A DNA stretch of 64,000 nt from Obrimoposthia wandeli. Lineage: Eukaryota. Under the pieces are notes generated by a model that did not search any database, was not told the DNA's origin, and saw only the letters and a program-made list of their open reading frames with translations. The first letter of the stretch is position 1; every line of letters begins with the position of its first letter. The stretch spans positions 62,001 to 126,000 of the forward strand of contig CDROCS010000890.1 in the NCBI GenBank assembly GCA_977020255.1. Reading direction: 5' to 3'. The translations under genes and the position numbers were made by a program. This document shows positions 14,699 through 27,160 of this stretch, one piece after another.

Positions 14699-17600
14699 CT
14701 AGTACTTTCTCCATCATTGGGAGTTTGCTGAAAATCGCATTTTACGTTTTTGACCTTTGTTCATTGTGTGCTGTTTATTTTGTAAAGTTTTCGTTATAAA
14801 AAATAAACTAATTAAACATAATAAATATTTTAAAATATAATATGAATTTTGAACAACTATTAGCATATGAAACACAACTGACATTTCTAATAAATTAAGT
14901 TATTTAAAATAAAAACATATGACAACAAAGTTTACGGAACACCTGAAACATTTCCGTGAATACGGGTTGAGAAGCACTACCTTAGAGGATAATGAAAAAT
15001 GGCAATGCTTTTCTAATATCACTCAACATATAATTAAATTATACATTTATCTTTAAAGACTGTGTCTTTAATCAGTCTATAAATATAGAAAATTGGCAAA
15101 CAATGAATTATATATAAAGAATTTGTAAGTTTTTAACAAAATTAAATTATATAAGTTTTTAATATATTTATCACATTATTATATGTTTTCTTTAACATTT
15201 ATTTAAGTTATGTAAATTGTTAAATATTTGAATTCTAAATAGTTTCAAACCACATTTATTTTATAAAATACAGCTTTTAAATTGTTTGTTGTTGACTAGT
15301 TTGAATGAATCATATAAAAGTGTCTCGTAATTATGAATTATTAATTTATAATTACATTTCAAATAGTTATAATTAAAACAAACTTTGAGCAAATTATTTT
15401 ATGCAAGTTTTCTGTTTTAGCAGACATATTAAATGAAAAGTAAACGATAAGATAAATATTCTTTACTCAAAATAATCAATATCAATGAATTTAGGAGCTA
15501 TTACTAAAGCATATTGTTTTCTTGTCATTCCTGAAAATATCTGGAGTTTTCTAAAATACACACCGAAAAGGGTTTTATTAGAATAAACTGAAATTTTCTA
15601 GTTTTGAATTAGTAACATATTTTTTAATTGAAAAGTTACTAGAAAATAATATTGTTTTTAATTTAAATGTTTAAGGTTATGAAATCAACGTTAATAGCTT
15701 ATTTCCTAAAAAAATTGTTCCCATTATTTGATGTTGCTTAGTAACGCAATTCACGTTTGTTGTTTATTTACGTCGTTTGGCGCTGACTCCAGATTTTTTA
15801 AATTTGTCATCCATTTTACTTTCTTTCTCTTTTCTTGTCAATTACAATATATAATTTATTTATTGCAAATATGTTTGGGCTGAATACGTTAATTCATTGG
15901 TCTTTTAGATACATTCATCAATAGGTGTATACATTTGAACAGTCTCTTCATAGAAATTTAATTTTATCTTATCTCGAAAATATATTTTTCGGTTGCGTGT
16001 GATGAAGTGTGGGATTATTGTATAAAAATATTTTTATAAATACAAAAAGTGAAAAGGAAAATTGTATATAAAGTGGATTCAAAAAATACATGAATGAATA
16101 AAAATAGTATTTTGTGACGAAAAACAATTTACATTGGATGGAACAGCCAACTGGTATTTTAATTTGTGTTGTAAAATAGTAATTATTATACAGAAATTAA
16201 CTAATAACGTCAATTATGTGTCATTTCGCCATCCCAACTGGGTTTATAGAAATACATTTCAAGATAACCAGATTTAAATAATTATCTTTAATCTTTAGGA
16301 ATGACAAAGCTTTATAACCGTAATTGTTCGTTGCACATGTGTAACACTGAAATATAATTTTTACAAAAAATAGTTGATTATTATTTCTGATAAAATGATA
16401 ATTTCTCAAATTGCCAGTGACAAAGAAATTCAAAACACCTCAATTTTCATGTACAAGAATGCAAATTAAAGATAATTAAATTTACAAATAATTTAGCAAA
16501 TTTCTTTTCAAACTTTTCTCCAAATAACACCAAAGAAGACGAACTTGTCAAATTCTGTTCCGATTTGCCATTCATTAAATTGCTTTCAATTCAGGATGAT
16601 TTCTGGATCTTTTATTACGATTCAATAACTTATTATTTCAAGAACCAAACTCCTTTGTAGAGGCAATAATTAAAATTGACAGATTTTTCATAAGCTGCAG
16701 ATTTTCTATCAGAACGGAAGCACGTCAAATCCAGATTCATCAGGCAATGCGGTATTTCCAGAGTTTTTCTTTACCCAAGAGACATTCCCTCAGGGCTTTA
16801 TAATGAGAATGAAGATAATAGTGTAAATAGGAGTGGAGCATTGCAGGAAATCTTCAGTTCTCAATTTGACTGCCATCAACCGTTTCGGTTTCAAAATAAA
16901 AATATTCATTTTTCGAGGGATAATGAAAGTGCTTATAGATTAATTAGTTTGGATCCATTTCGGACAATTAGTGTTGTAATCAGCCCAAGCTTCCATCGAT
17001 TGTCGAGTTATGGTTCATGTGTGATGCAGTAAGCAGCAGAAAAGTTAACTTTAGTGGTCAATGATGCTGACATGTATGAGTTATAAATCGTGAGAAGATT
17101 TCTCAAATAATCGATAAATGTTTTTCTTTAGAAAAATATATGTTCCAAAACTATTTTTTTAAAATTTGCGCCAGAATGTTCTTTTGAGTTTTCGCTAGGG
17201 GGTCTTTGGGCCAGAAGTCACACATCTACCTACTAGCGTGAAACCCTGAAAAATATAGATAAATGGTTTCAATTCGTTGTGGGTAACACCATGGTAATAA
17301 AAGTAGATTTGTTGTTTTCAAGATTATGTCGGTGCGGTTGTGTGCATATTACATAAATAGCAATTTCATGTACACACGATTAATCAGAAAATACCTTTAT
17401 AGACCATTGGTAAGACCTACTTGTTTAATAATTCACAGTCGAAGGTCAGATTAGTGATGAAACAACTCCAACACCAACAAACGCAATAAAACAAATTCTA
17501 TTTATCACACGTACACAATCAAGCAGGTAGTCAATTAGGAATTTCAGCAAATATTTCCTTCTATGATTGCTGAGATCCTCTGTCTATAGACGCTTTCATG

Positions 17601-17769
17601 TCATCCTCTAATGTCGAGTCACTAGCCGAATCGTCCATGGTTGCTGAACAGTCCAGACCACAGATAAACATACCATCAACACCGATACTAGGATTAGAGT
17701 TGGTATGAGTGACTGTTTATCTCGTATGCGTTTTCCTATTTCTTTGAATTACATAAAAGTTCATAGAAT

Positions 17770-18090
17770 GTCAATTGAGCTGAAATGGGCTTCATGACAA
17801 ACCTGGACGCCAGACTGGATCCCGAGACGAATAATTATTTAATGCATGGGAATGCACCTATCCACAATTTTTTGTGCTTAACGAGGAGCGTTCCTTTTTT
17901 GATTTTCATTGAGTCAGTGTTCTCAAAATTAAAGGACAAAATGCTGAATTAGATGAATAACCCTCCGGATTCCGGTCAACAACTCGATAAAGGATTGAGA
18001 AAGTGGAGGACCTGATTGGTACGGCTACGCACACACCAGATATTAGGATCTTCGTCCATATTATAAGCTAACCAAGAAGTTCTTCTTAAC
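17770..18090 (+). pseudogene. Tc1/IS630-like DDE transposase relic
   Basis: Degraded FMTNL...MHGNAPIH (cf. MDNAxIH) and IESVFSKLK (cf. NPIExxFSxxK). Confidence 0.35.
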
Positions 18091-19849
18091 TTCATTTAAA
18101 AAAAGTTATATTTGGTGATTGATTGAATTCATTTTACTTTGCAGTACTTTGAATTTTATTCCTTAAAATGTTGGTAAAATTTGACTAAATTTTTACTTTT
18201 AGCTTTGTTCTTTGTACAGCGATGACACCTGGTATTTAATCATTGTAATAATGGATTTTTTCATTTTGTTTGATTATACCTGAGGTTTACATTTTCATTA
18301 AAGTATAACTGGTGTCTTGTATAATTCTTTTTATCAAAAGATTTCGTATATCACTCCAGTAGGTAGAAGGATGGAGTATAGATCACTTGACCCCCCCCTA
18401 AAGGGTGTCACTCCATAAGGGTTTCACACCAATAAAGGTGTCTTGCCACACCATAAGGGTATATGTTGCCTCACCTCTGGTGAGGCAACATAGTTGCTCC
18501 CTGTATGGTGTGGCAAGATACCTTTGCTCATGGTGACACACTTATGGTGTGAGACACCTTTAGGGGGTCAAGTGGATCTAGACTCCATCCTTCTTTGATA
18601 TACCACTATGGTCATCCATAGTTTAAAGGGTCAAGTGGCTTAGCTTAGTCTCCACCCTTCTTTTTGAGATATACCACTATGAAAGGGTCAAGTGGCTTAG
18701 TCTCCACCCTTCTTTTTGAGATATACCACTATGAAAGGGTCAAGTGGCTTAGTCTCCACCCTTATTTTTGGTTAACCACTAATTCAAAGGATCAAGTGGC
18801 TTAGTCTCCACCCTTCTTTTTTGTGATCTAGTCCATAATGAAAATTTATGATAAAGTTCACACTTAACAATTAAGAATGTATGACGTAATCATACACACA
18901 CTATTTTATGTGAAAATTTAGGATAAAGTTCACACTTATCAATTAAGAAATGTGGTTTTTAACACACACATACACTATTTTATGTGAAATTTATGATAAA
19001 GTTCACTCTTATCAATTAAGAAATGCGGTTTTTTTAACACACACATACACTATTTTATGTGAAATTTAAACTAAAGTTCACTCTTATAAGTTAATGAATG
19101 TATTACGTAATCACACACATACTATTTTATGTGAAATTTAGATCAAAGTTTTTCCTAGGCTTTCACATTTATAGAATTATGATAAAATTTCTTTAAATAA
19201 CTTCAATTATATATTAAAATAAAAAAATAAAATAAGAAAGAAGTCAGAGAATAATACAAAATTAAACACATTTATTATGTAATTTCATAATATCATCTTC
19301 AAACTTAAGTGAATACTACATTTTAAAGTAAGAAAGTCCATTCTTTATACATTCTTTTCGTTTCAACGAATAAGTTACAACAATTAATAGAAAATTAGTA
19401 AAAATATTAATTTATTTGAATATTTGAATGAGAGTTTGAATAAAATGAGAGGAAGATAGATATGAATGTAAATGAATGTAATAAATGCAATGAATGTCAT
19501 TTTACAAGTAAGATCTTAGCAGTGAATGTACTTTTAAAAATAAGAGTGTCGATAGTTTGATTGGTTGCAATTATAATATAGACTATAAGTAAAATTAAAA
19601 AGAGTTTTTGTTGAATAAATTATAGTTAGATTGAATGCAAGTATGACGAGCAAGTGATTGATAGTATGAATTCAATACAAGTAAATTAGGCTTTAGCAAG
19701 TGAATGTAATTTTAAAAATAAGAGTGTCGATAGTTTGATTGAATGCAAGTGTAATTTAGACTATAAGTAAATTAAAATAGAGTTTTTGTTGAATAAATTA
19801 TAGTTAGATTGAATGCTATAGTTTACAATAAATTTATGCATATATTCAC

Positions 19850-20630
19850 TTTAATATGTTGTAAGTTATTACTTTATTATAATTTTCAACAACAACTTCA
19901 AGTTGTTTACTTATTAAACATAAGTTTAATGTTTTGTACAATAAATTGACTTGTAAACATAATTTATTTTGGTATATTTTCAATTTAATATGTTGTAAGT
20001 TATTACTTTAATATAATTTACAACAAAAACTTCAAGTAATTTACTTGTAAACTACAATATTTATTTGTTGTTGTATATATTCAGTTTAAAAATGTTGTAA
20101 GTTAATACTTTAATATAAATTACAATTCAAATCTTCAAGTAATTTACTTATTAATCATAATTTTAATGATTTGATCAATAAATTGACTTGTAAACATAAT
20201 ATAATTTGCATATTTTCAATTTAATATATTGTAAGTTATTACTTTATTATAATTTTCAACAAAAACTTCAAGTAGTTTACTTATTAATCATAAGTTTAAT
20301 GTTTTGTACAATAAATTGACTTGTAAACATAATTTATTTTGGTATATTTTCAATTTATTTGATGTAAATTATTACTTTTATATAATTTACAACCAAAACT
20401 TCAAGAAATTTACTTAATAATCATAATTTTAATGATTTGATCAATAAATTGACTTGTAAACATAATATAATTTGCATATTTTCAATTTAATATATTGTAA
20501 GTTAATACTGTAATATTTCATTACATAAAAAGTAATTCATAGTTTACTGTCGTTTACTATAAATTTACTTGTAAACATAATATATTTATGCATTTATTCA
20601 CTTTAATACGTTTTAAGTTATTAGAATTTG
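19850..20630. repeat. Central AT-rich tandem array of the foldback element
   Basis: Repeated TAATATGTTGTAAGTTATTACTTT...CAACTTCAAGT...GACTTGTAAACATAAT modules with a period of about 120 bp. Confidence 0.75.
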
Positions 20631-20679
20631 TGTTCTTGTATTCAATGATTAACTTTTATTAAACTATTATAACATTGAC

Positions 20680-21260
20680 CTCTTATTTTTTAAAATTACA
20701 TTCACTTACTAAACCCACTTACTTGTATTGAAATTCATACTATCAATCACTTGCTCGTCATACTTGCATTCAATCTAACTATAATTTATTCAACAAAAAC
20801 TCTATTTTAATTTACTTATAGTCTAAATTACACTTGCATTCAATCAAACTATCGACACTCTTATTTTTTTAAAATTATCTACCTGCTAAACCCACTTACC
20901 ACTTGTATTGAAAAATTCAAACTATCAATCACTTGCTCGTCATACTTGCATTCAATCTAACTATAATTTATTCAACAAAAACTCTATTTTAATTTACTTA
21001 TAGTCTAAATTACACTTGCATTCAATCAAACTATCGACACTCTTATTTTTTTTTTAAAATTACATTCACTTGCTAAACCCACTTACTTGTATTGAAATTC
21101 ATACTATCAATCACTTGCTCGTCATACTTGCATTCAATCTAACTATAATTTATTCAACAAAAACTCTATTTTAATTTACTATTTATAGTCTAAATTACAC
21201 TTGCATTCAATCAAACTATCGACACTCTTATTTTTTTCTAAAATTACATTCACTTGCTAA
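20680..21260. repeat. ~180-185-bp unit repeated about 3 times in the right arm (about 2 inverted copies at 19520-19830)
   Basis: The unit CACTTGCTCGTCATACTTGCATTCAATCTAACTATAATTTATTCAACAAAAACTC...CTATCGACACTCTT is seen three times. Confidence 0.85.
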
Positions 21261-24200
21261 GACTCTTACTTGTAAAATGACATTCATACTTGCATGCATA
21301 ATTTTATTCATTTACATTCATTCTACCTCTCTTCATTTATTCAAACTCTCATTCAAATATTCAAATAAATTAATATTTTACTAATTTTCTATTAATTCCG
21401 TTGTAACTTAGTCGTTGAAACGAAAGGAAAATGTATAAAAAATGGACTTTCTTACTTTGTAAATGTTATTCACTTAAGTTTGAAGATATTATGAAATTAC
21501 ATAATAAATGTGTTTAATTTTGTATTATTCTCTGACTTCTTCTTTCTTATTTTATTTTTTTTATTTTAATATATAATTGAAGTTATTTAAAGAAATTTTA
21601 TCATAATTCTATAAATGTGAAAGCCTAGGAGAAAAACTTGATCTAAATTTCACATAAAATAGTATGTGTGTGATTACGTAATACATTCATTAACTTATAA
21701 GAGTGAACTTTAGTTTAAATTTCACATAAAATAGTGTATGTGTGTTAAAAAAAACCGCATTTCTTAATTGATAAGAGTGAGAACTTATCATAAATTTCAC
21801 ATAAAATAATTAATGTGTAATGTTAAAAACCACATTTCTTAATTGATAAGTGTGAACTTTATCCTAAATTTTCGCATAAAATAGTGTGTATTGTATAGTT
21901 ACGTCATACATTCTTAATTGTTAAGTGAACTTTATCATAAATTTTCATTATGGACTAGATCACAAAAGAAGGGGTGGGAGACTAAGCCACTTGATCCTTT
22001 GAATTAGTGGTTAACCAAAATAAGGGTGGAGACTAGACCACAAAAGAAGGGTGGAGACTAGATCACTAAAAAGAGAGTGGAACTAGATCACTAAGAAGAA
22101 TTGGAGACTAGATCACTAAAAGAGGGTGGAACTAAGCCACTTGACCCTTTCATAGTAGTATATCTCAAGAAGAGGTGGAGACTAAGCCATGACCCTTTCA
22201 TGGTGATATATCTCTCAAAAGAAGGGTGGAGACTAAGCCACTTGACCCTTTCATAGTGGTATATCTCAAAAAGAAGGGTGGAGACTAAGCCTCTTGACCC
22301 TTTAAACTATGGATGACCATAGTGGTATATCAAAGAAGGATGGAGTCTAGATCACTTGACCCCCCCCCTAAAGGGTGTCACACCATAAGGGTGTCACACC
22401 ATAAAGGTGTCTTGCCACACCATAAGGGTATATGTTGCCTCACCAGAGGTGACGACTTAATTTATTATTTTTAAGTTTGGGTAGGAAATGGAACTAATTT
22501 GGAATTTTAATTATATTTTTCTGGGAAGTACTATTTAAATTAATTTTCTTTTACATCAAATTATAAAGCAAAGATTAAAACTACACCTGTTTCCTAATTT
22601 TTTTGTAAATAAAAGTAAAAGCGTATTTTTGTTGAGTAAACTCAAATTTGCAAATGCCAAGTAACCTATTTGCAAAGTCTTTTGACTTCTTTTTACTTCA
22701 ATCACAGAAGCAAATTTGAGACACGTTAAAAGGTTTTTCGAAAGATTAGACAAAAATGTAAATAAACAACTTTCGGAAATCTAGCAAACTGAAAATCTCT
22801 ATTTTATCAGTAGCATTTTCTGTTTTGGTAATATCTAACTGGTGTAAAATCGAGAAATCGTCTTTGTTTTGAAATCAAATTGCCGGCCAAATCGTGTCGT
22901 CTGCAAATTCAAATAAATAGAGAGTGATTTTATTGTCCAGACAGATAACCGTATTCAGATCAGGTTACAGTCGCGAATAAATTATCTGCAAGCGACCATA
23001 AATTGTCATCTGGTCCACACGCAAAACTATAATCCCTCCCCTGTTTCCATCAGATTTTCTTTGCTGCTGACAAAGACACTGACGGTGATCACTGACCACT
23101 GTGAAGCTACATTTGATTTGGGATTTTATAATTGCAGATCGTTTTTCTGAAGTTAATTTCTTAACATAAACCTGAAAAGGGACATCATATTTTCAGCTTA
23201 AACACAAAGCAGTTCATTTGTTGTTTAGCCACTTTCGTGTTAATTACTCATAAATTAGCTTCATATTTACCACTGAAATTGGGAAACATCCAGAGCAGTT
23301 ATTAATGGTCAGAGGCAAAAGTGTCCATTGAGGCGTAGATAGATGGGAATTTTATTGCCAGAGATCGTGAGAGAAACGTTGTGACCAACCATCATAGTTT
23401 CACTCCACAGTATTTGCCATCGATTCGGACTCATTTGCGGCACAATGTGAGCATGGGGAGTTGGGAGTCTAGGTTCATGGAAGACTGCGTGATATAATTT
23501 ATTGTGTGAAGCTGATGATATGTTCGTACAACTCAAAAATATTTCAATGGAGCCATACACTAGAGAACAAAATTTCAGACAAAAGTTTTAATTTGAAGAA
23601 TTAATAGCACTTACTCTATTCGGCAAACATCACTATCTAAATTTATGTGAACTCTTCAATTTTCCTTCAACATTTTAAAGTACATTTTCTTCTTCCGTAC
23701 CTAGATGACTGAGAAAAATGTGTACAATAACAAATATAAGGAAACTTTCAATACAAAACGTCCTTAGATTAAAGTATATATAAAAGACAAAGAAAACCAA
23801 ATATATATTTAAAACATTCAACATCATTTCAAATCAGTTTCGTTTATTTTCCGTGAGAAATTTCTCGATATTATTTTGTTTTCTTTCTTTGATTGAAATC
23901 TACGACTTTTTTCAGATAATTGGGAAGATAAATGTCCTTTCGTAAAAAATCTGAACTACAATGATCATGATCTTACGTTTGCTTCGTATGTTCGATGTGC
24001 TGTGAGAAGATAAATGTTGTCATGTAACAAATAAAGTTTTTAGTTTCCCCCTTTTTATTGATAATGTTTGAGTTCCAATTGGCACATTTTTAGTGGAAAG
24101 AGTCAGAGTGGAAAATCTTTGTTGAATTCTCATAATTGAATTATCACCTCAAATCAGATATGTAAACAACGTCTCATGGTCAATTAAAACGTTAGGTAAA

Positions 24201-24713
24201 AGGTTAAGATATGATTAGGATGACAAGTTTTTTGAATTTTCATTTTATTAATTTCAAGTCATACTTATTATATTTTTTCGGTAATGGTCTTGTGTAATAA
24301 TATATTTTTTAATAAATATTGATTAACAAAAAACACAACATGTATATACACAACGATGTATATAAAAGCAAATATATATTGTAAATAAGTGGATGTATCC
24401 GGTTGAGTGAAACATTTTAGCAGGTCTCTACGATTCTAATAGCACATTTCTTGTAAATATATTGCAAACTATTATAATTGGATGAATGAAATCTAACATA
24501 TTTTTTCCAATCAAATTCAATTTTAAATATGGATTTAGTGCAATCAAATTCAATGTTTTACTTATATTACCAATGAGATTCATGTCATTGTTATAAATTA
24601 ACATAAAAGAATGAGCCATTGGAGAATAAATCATATAAATACTTTCGTATCAAATACAATTATCAATGATGAACGATAGCCAACGGATATAAGGCGATTA
24701 TGAAGATTTAGAA

Positions 24714-24974
24714 ATGTTTGAAGATTCGGATAAGAATATGTATGATGAAGTGAAACAATATTTCAAATACAAAGTCAGGTTCTTGAAGAAGGTACAACTG
24801 ATTGCTTTGGTAAATAATGAATTTTATATCCGAGGAGCTGATGCAGCATTTTTAGATGAATATGGAAGAGAAATAGATGTTGACGCGTTGCAGGAAAAGA
24901 AGAAATGGACTGTAACAATTCAGCTTTATGGTTACAAGAAGGATGAAATTGGAACAAAGCTACCTATGTGGTAA
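24714..24974 (+). CDS. Orphan 86-aa ORF, possibly virus/Maverick-derived
   Basis: Open frame with protein-like composition (RGADAAFLDEYGREIDVDAL...VTIQLYGYKK). No family recognised. Confidence 0.3.
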   Translation: MFEDSDKNMYDEVKQYFKYKVRFLKKVQLIALVNNEFYIRGADAAFLDEYGREIDVDALQEKKKWTVTIQLYGYKKDEIGTKLPMW

Positions 24975-25341
24975 ATTGAACGTACTCATATCCGTATGTT
25001 TTGAATATTTGTTATATGTTAATTTATTTTACCATGTTTCTTTCATTTGAATATTGCCGCATGTAATAAATTGTAAACATTTTACTTTTTTAATTTCAAA
25101 TTATATTTGTATCTTATTAAAAAATATATATTTATAAACATAATTTTTTATCAGTTTCTTTATTTTAGAATGATCCTCTTCTGAGATATGTAGGACATTT
25201 TTATTATCCGGAAAGAATTTCAAAAGGAAAATCATGTAATATATTAAAGAGGCATAAAATTATACGATTTTTGAATTCTGTGAAAATAGTGGAAAATCTA
25301 ATTGAAATTTTTGAAATTTTAACAACATCTGATATTGCATC

Positions 25342-27160
25342 TGTTGGGGTTTCTATACGAGACTTGTATAGATCCTCTTGTGTGCGGAGGGCCCCAACGT
25401 GAGTTCTAATAGAAGCAGGTCTTAAAGTTGGTCGTGGCCTACTTAATGTTATGGTTGCCTATCTCAATTGCTTATCTGAAGGTGTTTGTTTTGACGTCTC
25501 TTAATCTGAAGGGTTTAAAACAACGTTTTCTAATGTAGGAAATCGTTTATTGTTAACACACTAGGTTAAACACAACAATACGTTTACGTACGTATTTTCT
25601 AAAAAGTTTCAGTAAAAATTCCTAAGACTTCTAAAAGTCTCACACCAGTGGGGATGAACCACGTATCGATTTTAAGTTAGGGTTGGTTGATCGCTAGAGT
25701 CTTTACTCTAATTCGCGACTGGACTCAAGTTATAGATTTTATGGAGCTGGTTGCTCTAATTCAATGGTGAGATTTTAGACAAAACCAATGCAATTTATAA
25801 TTTGTCACTTCTTAGACAATAATATTTAAAATTGGGATATTTCCAAGCAAAATAATTCAATTATAATTTGTCTCTTCTTAGACAAATAATATTTAAAATT
25901 GGGATATTTCAAGCAGACAATAATAATATTTAAAATTGGGATATTTCCAAGCAAAATAATGCAATTTATAATTTGTCACTTCTTAGACAATAATATTTAA
26001 AATTGGGATATTTCCAAGCAAAATAATTCAATTATAATTTGTCTCTTCTTAGACAATAATATTTAAAATTGGGATATTTCCAAGCAAAATAATTCAATTA
26101 TAATTTGTCTCTTCTTAGACAATAATATTTAAAATTGGGATATTTCCAAGCAAAATAATTCAATTATAATTTGTCTCTTCTTAGACAATAATATTTAAAA
26201 TTGGGATATTTCCAAGCAAAATAATTCAATTATAATTTGTCTCTTCTTAGACAATAATATTTAAAATTGGGATATTTCCAAGCAAAATAATTCAATTATA
26301 ATTTGTCTCTTCTTAGACAATAATATTTAAAATTGGGATATTTCCAAGCAAAATAATTCAATTATAATTTGTCTCTTCTTAGACTCGTCTCACCTATTTG
26401 ATCCTAGTGCTAATCCAAGATGGGTCCTTGGCTGATGAAGTCCTGTGCTTAGATTTGCGAGATATCCGAGACAATGGGGTACTAGGCTTGATGAAGTCCT
26501 GTGCTTAGATTTGCGAGATATCCGATGTTGACTTCAATTTGTGAGTAGCTAGATTCACTTGCTTTTCGTGTCGCGGAAAGACAGGTGTTTAATATGTTGG
26601 CTGGTAATAATATGCTGGTTCACGGCTAACTGACAGGTTGGGAATAATATGCTGGTTCACAGCTAACTAAATAATCGATATAGGCAGCAACTAAAAAATA
26701 CTACTGACCTGACTTTCTTCGTGTTTTGGGTTAAATTGTTCCCTGTTGTGATTTCTCGATCTCTTTTTTCTGCGAGTTTTCCTGTCAATAATCAAATTGA
26801 AACTAGACTTATATAGTCTTACCTCTGCTGTCGATCACTTGACAATGGATCGATTGCAATAGGTTTCCTTTGGCAGCTGATTTAGTTTTCTGTCAATCTT
26901 CTTAATTTTTCCTTTTTTGTCGACGTGGCTCTTTTTTTCTTAGTTAATTAATTTTTTGCACTTTTGCTTAATTAACTTAACCTTATATATAACGCATTAT
27001 ACACGACCTTCGTGGTCCTCTTAATATTTATTCCTATTTTAGTTTTAATAATTTAACTTGTTTTTAAAATTTATTTAATTCTTAACCTTGCTTTCAAGGA
27101 TTTTAATTTTGCTATAAAACAATTATTTATTTTAATTCTACTCAAAACCTAATCCTAACA
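25342..27160 (+). mobile_element. Solo LTR (Ty3/gypsy-type, 1819 bp)
   Basis: TGTTGGGG...CCTAACA termini with the 4-bp TSD CATC at 25338-25341 and 27161-27164. The first ~430 bp are closely similar to the 13112 copy. Confidence 0.9.
25800..26385. repeat. 66-bp tandem array (~9 copies) inside the solo LTR
   Basis: Unit TCTTAGACAATAATATTTAAAATTGGGATATTTCCAAGCAAAATAATTCAATTATAATTTGTCTCT recurs at 25981, 26047 and onward, with no spacers. Confidence 0.92.

Larger units (their letters stand above)
18365..22452. mobile_element. Non-coding foldback element with ~1.5-1.8-kb modular inverted arms and a terminal palindrome
   Basis: 18471-19840 is the reverse complement of 20640-22452, module by module. 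Tips TCACCTCTGGTGAGGCAACATA / TATGTTGCCTCACCAGAGGTGA are exact inverted repeats. 18365-18594 is an imperfect 230-nt palindrome. No ORFs; no TSD found. Confidence 0.85.

Noticed and set aside
16700-17032. ~110-codon open frame
   Set aside because: No recognisable motif, start or donor site.
25800-26385. Regular array resembling CRISPR
   Set aside because: Units are contiguous and near-identical with no unique spacers, lie inside a eukaryotic LTR, and have no cas genes nearby.
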